A DNA stretch of 61,094 nucleotides, filler included. It is 4 parts of 4 records of this genome, joined end to end, with 100 filler letters (N's around TTAATTAATTAA, not from the genome) between each part and the next. Parts side by side here need not be neighbours in the genome. Positions count along the whole stretch, not along the records: positions 1 to 18,263 come from DRR723986_6723; positions 18,364 to 42,133 come from DRR723986_6728; 2 more parts are not named here. One strand, written 5' to 3'. Under the pieces are notes generated by a model that saw only the letters and a list, made by a program, of their open reading frames with translations, had not been told where the DNA came from and did not search any database. The position numbers were made by a program, and so were the translations under genes. The first letter of the stretch is position 1. Each line of letters starts with the position of its first letter. Below are positions 10,501 through 20,446 of this stretch, in pieces.

Positions 10501-11301
10501 TTGCGCGCTGACCTTGCCTTGGTTGAAAAAGGCCTGTGCCCCTCTCGGGCACAGGCCCAAAGTTTGATCGAGCAGGGAAGAGTGCTGGTGCGTAATGGAC
10601 TGGTTCAAGCGCCCGTTACCGTGAAGAAAGCATCGCAGCAAATCGAACCATTCATGACTCTTGAATTGATTGACTGCGATGCGCCTAGTTTCGTATCTCG
10701 TGGCGGATTGAAGTTACACCATGCACTCGAACGCGCACGGATAGATACCCTTTCAAAACGGTGCGTCGACTTTGGACAATCCACTGGAGGGTTTACAGAC
10801 TGCCTTCTTCAACGAGGTGCATTAAGTGTGGTGGGGATTGACGTAGGGCGGGATCAGTTACATCCACGTTTGAAGGACCACCCGGCTGTGCTGGCTCTGG
10901 AGGGGATCAACCTGTACAAGGTAAATACAAGTGATCTTGAGCAAGAGATTGCTGCGCTAAAACCAGAGTTCATACCGTTTGATATTGCCGTGGCGGACTT
11001 AAGCTTTATCTCCCTGCGCAAGGTACTGCCAAATATTGCGAAGCTAATGCCTGCAGGGTGCGAAGGTTTGTTTTTGGTTAAGCCCCAATTTGAGGTTGGA
11101 CCGGAGAATATCGGGAAAAGTGGTTTGGTGAAAAATCTCGACGACCTTATCGCTCAGTTGGAAGACGATGTAAGAACCTCCTGTGCCCAAGTCGAGTTGA
11201 CTGTGGAAGATTTCTTTCCGTGCCAGCTCAAAGGCGGCGACGGAAATCAGGAATATTTTGTGTACGCGGTCAAGGATCTTCTCGCCGCGACAAACCGATA
11301 A
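10501..11301 (+). CDS. tlyA: TlyA-family RNA methyltransferase
   Basis: S4 domain, FVSRGGLKL, GQSTGGFTDCLLQRGA, LVKPQFE, GGDGNQE. Confidence 0.92.
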   Translation: MRADLALVEKGLCPSRAQAQSLIEQGRVLVRNGLVQAPVTVKKASQQIEPFMTLELIDCDAPSFVSRGGLKLHHALERARIDTLSKRCVDFGQSTGGFTDCLLQRGALSVVGIDVGRDQLHPRLKDHPAVLALEGINLYKVNTSDLEQEIAALKPEFIPFDIAVADLSFISLRKVLPNIAKLMPAGCEGLFLVKPQFEVGPENIGKSGLVKNLDDLIAQLEDDVRTSCAQVELTVEDFFPCQLKGGDGNQEYFVYAVKDLLAATNR

Positions 11302-11320
11302 CTCTGTGAATGAATACACC

Positions 11321-12142
11321 ATGATGAACATCAGCTTTGAGTTTTTCCCTGCGAAAACGGACGAAGGTGCGGAGAAATTGCGTGCCACGCGTGAAAAACT
11401 GTCCGAAAGAAAGCCAGAGTTTTTCTCCGTCACATTTGGGGCGGGTGGCACTACACAGGATGGAACACTGTCCACCGTACTTGAAATCAAGGCAGCCGGC
11501 GAGGAAGCTGCACCCCATTTGTCATGCGTGGGCTCCTCCAGGGAAAAAGTTGCCGCACTGCTAAAGCAGTACAAAGAACACGGAATCAATCGGATTGTTG
11601 CGCTTCGTGGGGATTTGCCTTCAGGCATGCTGGAGACTGGATCATTTCGATATGCAAGCGAACTGGTTGAGTTTATTCGACAAGAAACAGGTGATCACTT
11701 TTTCATCGAGGTAGCCGCCTATCCCGAAACGCATCCTCAGGCCAAAAGCCCCGCGGCCGATGTGGACGCTTTTGTGCACAAAGTAAACTGCGGTGCGAAC
11801 TCTGCGATCACGCAGTACTTCTTTAATTTGGATGCTTTTTTATACTTCCGGGATCAGGTTCAAAACCGCATTTCAATCCCACTGATTCCGGGCATCATGC
11901 CAGTTACGAATTTCAGTCAGCTTGCTCGTTTTTCAGATGCATGTGGTGCTGAAATTCCACGATGGATGCGCAACCGCTTGCAACACTTTGGTGATGATCG
12001 CGAGTCCATTCGTGCCTTTGGGCTGGAAGTGGTGTCGAATCTGTGCGAACAACTCATTCGGGAAGGCGCTCCCGGACTGCACTTCTACACCATGAACAAT
12101 GCACAGCCTACTTTGGCGATACTGGATCAAATCGGTTACTAG
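11321..12142 (+). CDS. metF: 5,10-methylenetetrahydrofolate reductase
   Basis: ISFEFFP, ALRGD, AAYPETHP, AITQYFF, GLHFYTMN. Confidence 0.97.
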   Translation: MMNISFEFFPAKTDEGAEKLRATREKLSERKPEFFSVTFGAGGTTQDGTLSTVLEIKAAGEEAAPHLSCVGSSREKVAALLKQYKEHGINRIVALRGDLPSGMLETGSFRYASELVEFIRQETGDHFFIEVAAYPETHPQAKSPAADVDAFVHKVNCGANSAITQYFFNLDAFLYFRDQVQNRISIPLIPGIMPVTNFSQLARFSDACGAEIPRWMRNRLQHFGDDRESIRAFGLEVVSNLCEQLIREGAPGLHFYTMNNAQPTLAILDQIGY

Positions 12143-12708
12143 ACAACACCTGGGCGAGTCCAGACAAGCTCTCGCTCAGTCAGTACGTAATCGAGCAACT
12201 CATCGTGCTGTTCTGAAAAGTTATCTTTGAACTCGGTCAATGCATAAGCCACACCGACAGTGATTGGCTTAACAGGCATTTGACTCAAGGTTCGATCGTA
12301 CCAGCCGGCGCCATATCCGAGACGGACCCCCGCCCGGTGGAATGCCAGGCATGGAATAAGCAGCACATCGGGTTGAATCCACAATTTGAATTTTGGAACA
12401 GGAATATCGTATCGTCCGGGTTCCAATTCGTCGTTAGGCGCAAACTGCGCGAACTTCAACAATGCACCTGTTGGCGACTCACAACACACAGGCAAAGCCC
12501 ACTGAAAGGCCTCGAGCGCCAAATTATTCATGATGCTCAGTACATTCGGCTCACCGCGTGTGGGATAGAACAGACCTACAGTGCAAGGCTGGAATGTTTG
12601 GAGTAGAGTTAATAGGGATGCGGAAATTTCTCTGCTCAGCGCGTTGATTTCTTCGGGCTGTAGCTGATTTCGATAGGCCAAGGCGGTTTGCCGCAATGAT
12701 TTTTTCAT
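12139..12708 (-). CDS. 5-formyltetrahydrofolate cyclo-ligase
   Basis: RLGYGAGWYDRTL motif. Confidence 0.93.
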   Translation of the reverse strand: MKKSLRQTALAYRNQLQPEEINALSREISASLLTLLQTFQPCTVGLFYPTRGEPNVLSIMNNLALEAFQWALPVCCESPTGALLKFAQFAPNDELEPGRYDIPVPKFKLWIQPDVLLIPCLAFHRAGVRLGYGAGWYDRTLSQMPVKPITVGVAYALTEFKDNFSEQHDELLDYVLTERELVWTRPGVV

Positions 12709-14698
12709 GACAGGAATAATGACAATTTCTCACCACATTTCACGCTGGATTTCCCTACCCCTTGTTGCCTTGGGCGCCATGGCATTTCAACCCGCTATTG
12801 CCAGTAAACAATCGGATGCGGAGTTGATCAAACAAATTAAATCTGCCTACGCCGACGGCGCTTACGACAAGTTTAACCGCTTGGCCTCGGAGTTGCCGCA
12901 GAAAAGCGTCTTTAGACCCTACGTGGACATTTGGCAATTTCGCTTTTTCCAGAAAGGCGTGGAGAAACAGTTTCCCGACCGGGAAGTGGTATGGAACAAA
13001 TCAGAAATCCTGCCTTTGCTCACCAGACATGACAACAGCTGGCCAGCCGAAACCTTGAGACGAGACTGGCTTGAGCAGCTTGCACGTACCGCGCAGTGGA
13101 CCGATTTTGCAGAGCAGAGGCAACATCTTCGCTACCGACCTGACCAAGGCGTTGAGTGTGCAGACCTGATGTATGCAGCAGAACAAGGACAGTTGGTGAG
13201 ATACAAACTGGATGCTGTGGTGAGTTTTGATAAACGCCTGCCTAAAACATGTCGGGTTCTTTTGAAAAACCTATACAAACTGGGCGGTGTAAGCGCGCAA
13301 GACCTGGATCGACATGTGCTGCAGATGGTGGCCGCCAACCAGTTGACCAACGCAGTGAAATTTGTCGACGAATTCGAAGACACCGCTTGGGGAAAGACGA
13401 TCAGCAGCACTGAGCTGCGCGAGGCGATCTTCAATCCTGACAAATACCTGAAATCATCGGGCCAAAAAGCCGACACAGACCTTTACCTGACTGGTGCACT
13501 GGCGAGAAAAGCTGTAGAGGACTTTGAGCGTGTTGCGCGACAAATGACTGAGAATTATCAGGGCAAACTGTCGCCCAGCTCTGAACAATGGCTTTGGGCC
13601 CATGTGGGCTACCGTGCTGGCTTGGTATGGGACAGAAACGCACTGACCTACTTCAAGCGCAGCAAACCTGAGGTCATGAGTCAGGAACAACAAGAATGGA
13701 AAGTTCGCTCGGCGCTGCTTCTTGAGGACTGGAATGCAGTGCTCCAGGCCACCAACGAGATGAGTCCGAATGTGAAGGAGGACAGGGCTTGGACCTATTG
13801 GCGAGGACGCGCGCTGGCCCAGTCAGGCAAGTTGGTTGAGGCCCGGCAAGAATGGATCAAAGCCAGCAGTCCTTTTTCTTTTTATGGAAAATTGGCGCAT
13901 GAGGAACTGGGTGACACAGTGACAGCGCCTAAGCGCCCTGAATTGCTAAGTGCGGCGGAGTTGGACTGGGCAAAAAAACACCCTGGATTATTACGCGCGC
14001 TTGCGCTCTACGATGCAGGGCTGCGCACTGAGGGATTTTGGGAATTCAATCTGCAAGTGGCTCAGATGAATGACCGACAGTTGCTCGCAGCCGCGACTTG
14101 GGCTGAACGCAATCAGCTGTACGATCGGGCAATTGCTGCAGCAGATCGCACGGAAACTGAACATGACCTTGCTTTAAGATACCTCACGCCGTTTCGAGAC
14201 AATATGCGAGCGAAAACCCGCGAAATTGGTGTAGATGAATCCTGGGTTTACGGTCTGATCCGCCAGGAATCGCGCTTTGTAACCATCGCGCGCTCTGGCG
14301 TGGGAGCAAGTGGGTTGATGCAGGTCATGCCAGCCACCGCCAAGTACGTGGCGAAAAAAATTGGCATGTCCGATTTCAAACCTGCTGACATTACCGAAAT
14401 CGAAACCAACCTGACTTTGGGCACCAGCTACCTAAAAATGGTCTTTGAACAGCATGATCAATCACCGGTACTCGCCTCGGCGGGTTACAACGCAGGCCCG
14501 AGTCGCCCTGCCCTCTGGAAACGGCGCCTGGGTGACCGGAAGATTGAAGGCGCTATATTTGCAGAATTGATCCCGTTCGACGAGACACGTGGCTACGTGA
14601 AAAACGTAATGTCCAATACCATGGCTTATTCCCTGTTGTTGAACAATGCCTCGACCCCTTTGAAACAAAGACTGGGTATCATCTACGGATCCAAGTAA
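12707..14698 (+). CDS. slt: Soluble lytic murein transglycosylase (Slt70-like)
   Basis: Signal peptide, helical repeat region, IRQESRF, GLMQVMPATA, AGYNAGP, ETRGYVKNV; start may be 12719. Confidence 0.93.
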   Translation: MTGIMTISHHISRWISLPLVALGAMAFQPAIASKQSDAELIKQIKSAYADGAYDKFNRLASELPQKSVFRPYVDIWQFRFFQKGVEKQFPDREVVWNKSEILPLLTRHDNSWPAETLRRDWLEQLARTAQWTDFAEQRQHLRYRPDQGVECADLMYAAEQGQLVRYKLDAVVSFDKRLPKTCRVLLKNLYKLGGVSAQDLDRHVLQMVAANQLTNAVKFVDEFEDTAWGKTISSTELREAIFNPDKYLKSSGQKADTDLYLTGALARKAVEDFERVARQMTENYQGKLSPSSEQWLWAHVGYRAGLVWDRNALTYFKRSKPEVMSQEQQEWKVRSALLLEDWNAVLQATNEMSPNVKEDRAWTYWRGRALAQSGKLVEARQEWIKASSPFSFYGKLAHEELGDTVTAPKRPELLSAAELDWAKKHPGLLRALALYDAGLRTEGFWEFNLQVAQMNDRQLLAAATWAERNQLYDRAIAAADRTETEHDLALRYLTPFRDNMRAKTREIGVDESWVYGLIRQESRFVTIARSGVGASGLMQVMPATAKYVAKKIGMSDFKPADITEIETNLTLGTSYLKMVFEQHDQSPVLASAGYNAGPSRPALWKRRLGDRKIEGAIFAELIPFDETRGYVKNVMSNTMAYSLLLNNASTPLKQRLGIIYGSK

Positions 14699-14716
14699 TC
14701 AGGTGAATGCTGTTTT

Positions 14717-15691
14717 ATGAGTAAGACAAAAAATGTATTGGTGATCGGTGGTTCAGGTTTTCTGGGCCAAGCTGTTTGTAATCAACTGGCCAAAGCTGGT
14801 TACCGAATTACTGTACCTACCCGTCGCTATGACAGGGCGAAGCATTTGTTGACCTTGCCAACCTGTCAGATCGTTGAAGCGAATATTCATGATCGTGCCA
14901 CCTTGGGTCGCCTTGTCTCGGGACAGGACATTGTTGTGAACCTCTTGGGCGTATTGCACAGCAAACCCGGGAAGCCCTATGGTCAAAACTTCCGGGTCAA
15001 TCATGTTGAATTTCCGAAAGCATTGTGCACAGCCATGTCAAAGCATGGGGCAAAACGGATTGTTCATATCAGCGCTCTGGGTGTAGGGGTACAGAATCCA
15101 GCGCCATCCATGTATTTGCGTTCCAAAACTGATGGTGAAGCTGTGGTCAAAGACAGCGGACTGGCTTGGACCATTCTTCGTCCTTCGGTGGTGTTTGGTC
15201 GAGAGGACAAGTTTCTGAATACATTCGCCTCATTGGCAAAAATCGCGCCTTTGATTCCCTTGGCCGGTGCTGATGCACGTTTCCAACCCGTGTCAGTGGG
15301 TGATGTCGCCAAGGCGATATTCGCATGTGTGGAGGATCAAGGCAAAGACACCCTTCACAACACCTATGATCTGGTCGGTACGGAGATCTTTACTTTGAAA
15401 GAACTGGTGCAACTTTCGGCCCGTGCCGTGGGTAAAAACCCAGTGGTTTTTGGCATCCCCGATTTCGCAGCAAAAGCCCAGGCATTTTTGATGGAATTGG
15501 CCCCAGGAGAACCGCTTATGAGTCGAGACAATGTCGATTCCATGAAAATCGACAATATTCGAACCTCGGGCCGAACTTTCCCGCTATCCAGCTATGAATG
15601 CCTGTCGGTTGTTGCCACTGAATATTTGAGAGCCAAGCATTTACCCTCTGATCTTGATGAATTTAGGACCCGGGCTCACCGGCAAGACTAG
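14717..15691 (+). CDS. NDUFA9-like NAD(P)-binding epimerase/dehydratase family protein
   Basis: GGSGFLG, YLRSK, RPSVVFG, FQPVSVGDVA. Confidence 0.88.
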   Translation: MSKTKNVLVIGGSGFLGQAVCNQLAKAGYRITVPTRRYDRAKHLLTLPTCQIVEANIHDRATLGRLVSGQDIVVNLLGVLHSKPGKPYGQNFRVNHVEFPKALCTAMSKHGAKRIVHISALGVGVQNPAPSMYLRSKTDGEAVVKDSGLAWTILRPSVVFGREDKFLNTFASLAKIAPLIPLAGADARFQPVSVGDVAKAIFACVEDQGKDTLHNTYDLVGTEIFTLKELVQLSARAVGKNPVVFGIPDFAAKAQAFLMELAPGEPLMSRDNVDSMKIDNIRTSGRTFPLSSYECLSVVATEYLRAKHLPSDLDEFRTRAHRQD

Positions 15692-15730
15692 CCCTTAAGC
15701 CTTGATTCGTCGTACAATTTCGCTTTGCAC

Positions 15731-15770
15731 AACGCAGCCGCACGTCAATCGATTGGCTGCGTTTGTTTTT
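15731..15770 (+). terminator. Terminator-like hairpin between the NDUFA9-like gene and argD
   Basis: AACGCAGCC/GGCTGCGTT stem followed by TGTTTTT. Confidence 0.55.
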
Positions 15771-15814
15771 AGAGTCCGCGTTTTGCCTGAACACTGCTGA
15801 TAGAGAGTTTTACC

Positions 15815-16996
15815 GTGACAAATCACCTGATGAACACCTACGCCCGCCAGCCCATCGCCTTCACCCATGGCGACGGAGCCTGGATGTGGTCCACCGATGG
15901 TAAAAAATACCTGGATGGCTTGTCTGGCATTGCAGTCAATGGCTTGGGACACAATCACCCCAAGTTGGTAAAAGCCATTTCTGAGCAGGCAAGCAAACTG
16001 ATCCACACCTCGAATTTATACGGCGTGGTTGAGCAATCAAAACTGGCGGATCGCCTGTGCGAAATATCAGGCATGGACGAGGCATTTTTCTGTAACTCTG
16101 GCGCGGAAGCCAACGAAGCGGCCATCAAACTGGCCAAGTATTACGGTTACAAGAAGGGCATCGAAAACGCGAAAATTATCGTGATGGAACGCGCATGGCA
16201 TGGCCGTACCCTGGCCACGCTTGCTGCCACAGACAGCCCCAAGGCCAAAGTGGGGTTTGGCGAGCTGCCAGGAGGATTTGTGCGTGTGCCCTACAAAAAC
16301 TTCGCCGCCATTGAACAGGCCGCAGATGAACACCCGGAAATTCAGGCAGTTTTGCTGGAAGTACTTCAGGGCGAAGGCGGAATTAATGTGGCAGATACCG
16401 AGTATTTGCAGGCTTTGCGCAAGTTGTGCACCGCCAAAGGCTGGCTGCTGATGATCGACGAAGTGCAAAGTGGCATTGGCCGCACGGGCAAATGGTTTGG
16501 CTACCAGCATGCTGGTATTCAACCTGATGTCATTACACTGGCCAAAGGTTTGGGATCCGGAGTACCGATCGGAGCCTGTTTGGCATGGGGTCCCGCGGCT
16601 GGCGTCTTTACACCCGGTACCCATGGCACCACATTCGGTGGTGGCCCCCTGGTTTCAGCAGCTGCACTGGCCACCATTGACATTATGGAAGAAGAGGGCT
16701 TGCTGGCCCATGCCGAGCAAATGGGACAGCTTATTCGCGCCATTTTGTCGCGTGAATTGGCAGGCATTGCCGGAGTCAAGGACATTCGCGGCCGCGGCCT
16801 CATGGTGGGTGTTGAACTGTGGAAGCCCTGTGGCGACCTGGTTGCAATTGCACGTGACAAAGGTTTGATCATTAACGTAACCCGAGACAATGTGGTGCGA
16901 CTGTTGCCACCACTGGTGATTAAAAAAGAAGAAGCAGAAACGCTGGCCATGGAACTGGCCCCATTGATTAAAGCGTTTCTTGAACAATCCGCATAA
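15815..16996 (+). CDS. argD: Acetylornithine aminotransferase
   Basis: FCNSGAEANEAA, DEVQSGIGRTG, AKGLGSG; upstream of argF and argG. Confidence 0.93.
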   Translation: MTNHLMNTYARQPIAFTHGDGAWMWSTDGKKYLDGLSGIAVNGLGHNHPKLVKAISEQASKLIHTSNLYGVVEQSKLADRLCEISGMDEAFFCNSGAEANEAAIKLAKYYGYKKGIENAKIIVMERAWHGRTLATLAATDSPKAKVGFGELPGGFVRVPYKNFAAIEQAADEHPEIQAVLLEVLQGEGGINVADTEYLQALRKLCTAKGWLLMIDEVQSGIGRTGKWFGYQHAGIQPDVITLAKGLGSGVPIGACLAWGPAAGVFTPGTHGTTFGGGPLVSAAALATIDIMEEEGLLAHAEQMGQLIRAILSRELAGIAGVKDIRGRGLMVGVELWKPCGDLVAIARDKGLIINVTRDNVVRLLPPLVIKKEEAETLAMELAPLIKAFLEQSA

Positions 16997-17033
16997 GGAG
17001 GAACCGGCCTGCCAGGCAAGCCGGTCTACAAAA

Positions 17034-17945
17034 ATGCCTATCAAACATTTTTTGCAGTTCAACGACATCAGCAAAGACGAGTTCGAGTACCTGATGCAAT
17101 CGTCTCGGGATGTGAAAGCGAGATTTAAGCGTTATGAGCCGTATTACCCGCTGCAAGACCGCACCTTGGTGATGATCTTCGAGAAAGCATCCACTCGAAC
17201 GCGGCTTAGCTTTGAGGCAGGTATGCATCAGTTGGGGGGCTCGGCGATTTACCTGAACACCAAAGACTCTCAACTGGGTCGGGGTGAACCGGTTGAAGAC
17301 GCAGCGCAGGTTATCTCTCGCATGTGCGACATTGTGATGATTCGTACCTACGAGCAAGAGATCATTGAACGCTTCGCCGCCAACAGTCGCGTTCCAGTGA
17401 TCAACGGCTTGACCAATGAATATCACCCCTGCCAGATTTTGGCGGATATTTTTACATTCATTGAACACCGAGGCAGCATTCAGGGTAAAACCGTGGCCTG
17501 GGTAGGCGATGGTAACAACATGTGCGCCACCTGGTTACAGGCAGCAGAGCTGCTCGACTTCAAGGTGAATATTTCCACGCCCAGCGATTACAACATAGAC
17601 CCAGCAAAAACCAACATCAAGGGAACCCACCATGAGTGGTTTGAAGACCCCATGGACGCGTGCAAAGACGCCGATTTGGTGACCACTGACGTTTGGACTA
17701 GCATGGGTTTTGAGAATGAGAACAAAGCCCGTCGCCGGGCATTTGCAGACTTTCAGGTGGACACGGAAATGATGGATGTGGCCAACCCGGAAGCCCTCTT
17801 CATGCATTGCCTGCCTGCCCATCGTGGTGAGGAAGTGGCCGCCGAAGTGATTGATGGGCCGAAAAGCGTAGTGTGGGACGAGGCGGAAAACCGCTTGCAC
17901 ACCCAGAAAGCCCTAATGGAATTCCTTTTGTTGGGCCGCAAGTAA
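17034..17945 (+). CDS. argF: Ornithine carbamoyltransferase
   Basis: STRTR, HPCQ, HCLP, EAENRLH. Confidence 0.97.
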   Translation: MPIKHFLQFNDISKDEFEYLMQSSRDVKARFKRYEPYYPLQDRTLVMIFEKASTRTRLSFEAGMHQLGGSAIYLNTKDSQLGRGEPVEDAAQVISRMCDIVMIRTYEQEIIERFAANSRVPVINGLTNEYHPCQILADIFTFIEHRGSIQGKTVAWVGDGNNMCATWLQAAELLDFKVNISTPSDYNIDPAKTNIKGTHHEWFEDPMDACKDADLVTTDVWTSMGFENENKARRRAFADFQVDTEMMDVANPEALFMHCLPAHRGEEVAAEVIDGPKSVVWDEAENRLHTQKALMEFLLLGRK

Positions 17946-17979
17946 GCGGACCTGTTACAACCTTTTTGAATCGAGAACC

Positions 17980-18263
17980 ATGAGCGACATCAACAAAGTA
18001 GTACTTGCCTATTCCGGCGGTTTGGACACCTCAGTCATTTTGAAATGGCTGCAAGACACTTATGGTTGCGAAATCGTGACCTTCACTGCCGACTTGGGCC
18101 AAGGTGAAGAGCTTGAACCTGCACGCCAGAAAGCATTGAAGTTTGGCATTAAACCCGAGAACATCTACATTGATGACGTGCGCGAAGAATTCGTGCGCGA
18201 TTTTGTATTCCCCATGTTCCGTGCCAACACCGTGTACGAGGGTGAATACCTGCTGGGCACCTC
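17980..18263 (+). CDS. argG: Argininosuccinate synthase, 5' part (cut by contig end)
   Basis: [21 protein letters not shown]. Confidence 0.95.
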
Positions 18264-18363
18264 NNNNNNNNNNNNNNNNNNNNNNNNNNNNNNNNNNNNN
18301 NNNNNNNTTAATTAATTAANNNNNNNNNNNNNNNNNNNNNNNNNNNNNNNNNNNNNNNNNNNN
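18264..18363. other. Artificial contig linker
   Basis: N-run, TTAATTAATTAA (stops in all six frames), N-run; composition shifts across it. Confidence 0.99.
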
Positions 18364-18558
18364 ATTGAACCATTTCGAACCTCTCAAAACATGCATTTAA
18401 ACGTCATATAGGCGCTTTTTATGTTTATGATTTTTGAATGATCTTTTTTCTTTTTGATGTAAAATCTGAAAAAGAACCTTTTTATTTTCTGATAATTTGA
18501 AGGTATTCACGCTATCCTAGAATCGAATTCATTTGAATATTTAAGTCTCGTAATATTC

Positions 18559-18597
18559 GTACGGTACGAGGGGTACGAGCTGTACGAGGGGTACGAA
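18559..18597. repeat. Short tandem GTACG repeats with 9-bp period
   Basis: GTACG at 18559, 18564, 18573, 18582, 18591. Confidence 0.8.
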
Positions 18598-18726
18598 TTT
18601 TGATAAATAACTTTTCTTCAACTAGTATCTAATTCAGTTAATCATAGCGGAGCTCAAAAAAGCAAAAAAACCGAAACAATTGTCCCGGCTTTTCTCTAAT
18701 AAACCCAATCTAAATATTATTTAGAA

Positions 18727-20442
18727 TTAGTAACCATAATTCTGAAGAATACCTGTTTTCTCAACCTCAGATAAAGGGATTGGCAAATAATAATTTGCAT
18801 CCGTAAACGATCGGTCCTCTATAAGAACTTTAGTCATCACAAGTGTACCAGAAGGATCCAAGTTGCCGGCAGCATCAACTTTCTTCCATTGAACTCCTTG
18901 TATATCTTCACCAATTTTGTCCGAATCCATCCATCTTCTCAGATCAAAAAATCGATGTCCTTCATACGCTAATTCCATTTGGCGCTCATACTTGATATCC
19001 TCTAGTAGAAGTTCTCCACTTGAAGTAATGGAAGGTAATCCTACACGTTCGGCAACCATACTTACATATTTTCTAGCTTCAGCTTCATTACCCAAATGAT
19101 ATTGAGCTTCAGCATAATTCAAAAATATCTCAGGAAGTCTGGCAAGAGGATAAGGGCGACGTGCTGATTGCTCCGCATCTATGATAATTGACTCATCCAA
19201 AAACTTACGAAGATTATATCCTGAGGCAGCATAATGCACCTGTCCTGGAGCTTCTTTAGCATCCGCACCAGCTGGAGATGAATAATCTAAAATAGATCCT
19301 CTGAAATATGCTCCTTGAAAATTTATGTTAGCATACATTCTCAGCTCTCTATTTCCATAAATATCAGCTTCATTGAATCCACTTCCTGGTTCATTAATTC
19401 TTTTTCCATTTGCCATCTTAAAATCCATCACAAAATTGTGGGTAGGATTGCTAAGTCCCCATCCTCCTGAACTATGTGGGGACTGCGCCTTATCAGGAAG
19501 CGTGTTGAAGTCATTTGGAGTTGTCGGGAAAGCAGGATTATAAGGTCTTCCAAGAATCATCTCAGAATTAGGGTGTAAAAACATATCCTGATATTCCTTA
19601 GCGTTAGTTACTTGCACCAGTGAATATGCATTTTGGTCAATCAGATCTTTTGCTGCCGCCGCAGCATCTTCCCATTTCGATGCTTTAGTATAATCGTACA
19701 ACGGCCCGTTAGGGACGGTAGCCGGATCATGAAGCTCACTTGCAGCATAAAGTAGAACTCTGGATTTAAGAGCCATAGCCGCACTTTTTGAGATTCTGCC
19801 AAAATCAACCCCATTCCTAACCAACATATTTTCAGGAAATAAATCGATAGCTGCATTTAAGTCACCTATAATGAAATCAACACATTCCTCGTATGAATTT
19901 CTAGGTCTTACAAAATCATCATTCAAATCAAATGGCTCATCTATAATCGGAACTCCACCATGGTAGTTAATTAGTTTCGCGTACGCATTGGCTCTCAAAT
20001 AAAGCATTTCAGCCTTCAACACCTTTACCTCTTCGGGATTTGTCTCAGCCACGGGACTGGTATCAATTGTACTTAAAAATTGATTTGCAACACCTATGAA
20101 GCTATAGTATTGAGCCCATTTTGCCCTAAAAAAGCCCAGATTATTAGGAGCGATTAATGCTCTAGTAATAAGAAAGTTCTGAGGGACAAAATGAAACCAA
20201 GCTTCATCAGAGGCATTTTCGATGTTGATTCTCCGAGTCCACCAATCTGCAAAGTTTAAACCCCAACTTTCAGTGCTGTTGTAAGCATAAAACACATAAC
20301 GTTCCGTCAATTCTATATTGCTGAAAATATCTACATCTGAATAGGCATTCCCAGGTTTAGTGTCTAGCACTTCCACACATCCATTGGAAAGGAAGGTAGT
20401 CAGCGCTAAAAGGATAAGTATTTTTATATTTTTCATAATCAA
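18727..20442 (-). CDS. susD: SusD/RagB family glycan-binding lipoprotein
   Basis: Lipobox LSNGC, ALKSRVLLYAAS, YERQMELAYEGHRFFDLRRW, YLPIP; follows susC. Confidence 0.95.
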   Translation of the reverse strand: MIMKNIKILILLALTTFLSNGCVEVLDTKPGNAYSDVDIFSNIELTERYVFYAYNSTESWGLNFADWWTRRINIENASDEAWFHFVPQNFLITRALIAPNNLGFFRAKWAQYYSFIGVANQFLSTIDTSPVAETNPEEVKVLKAEMLYLRANAYAKLINYHGGVPIIDEPFDLNDDFVRPRNSYEECVDFIIGDLNAAIDLFPENMLVRNGVDFGRISKSAAMALKSRVLLYAASELHDPATVPNGPLYDYTKASKWEDAAAAAKDLIDQNAYSLVQVTNAKEYQDMFLHPNSEMILGRPYNPAFPTTPNDFNTLPDKAQSPHSSGGWGLSNPTHNFVMDFKMANGKRINEPGSGFNEADIYGNRELRMYANINFQGAYFRGSILDYSSPAGADAKEAPGQVHYAASGYNLRKFLDESIIIDAEQSARRPYPLARLPEIFLNYAEAQYHLGNEAEARKYVSMVAERVGLPSITSSGELLLEDIKYERQMELAYEGHRFFDLRRWMDSDKIGEDIQGVQWKKVDAAGNLDPSGTLVMTKVLIEDRSFTDANYYLPIPLSEVEKTGILQNYGY

Positions 20443-20446
20443 TGGA

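Noticed and set aside
10501-11301. tlyA inside the ahcY-metF operon as novel or as a haemolysin
   Set aside because: I recall this order in other Burkholderiales, and the motifs indicate an rRNA methyltransferase.
18308-18319. TTAATTAATTAA palindrome (also in the other two linkers)
   Set aside because: Synthetic six-frame-stop linker flanked by Ns.
18559-18597. Repeat as a CRISPR array
   Set aside because: Units are 9 bp with no spacers, and no cas genes are present.
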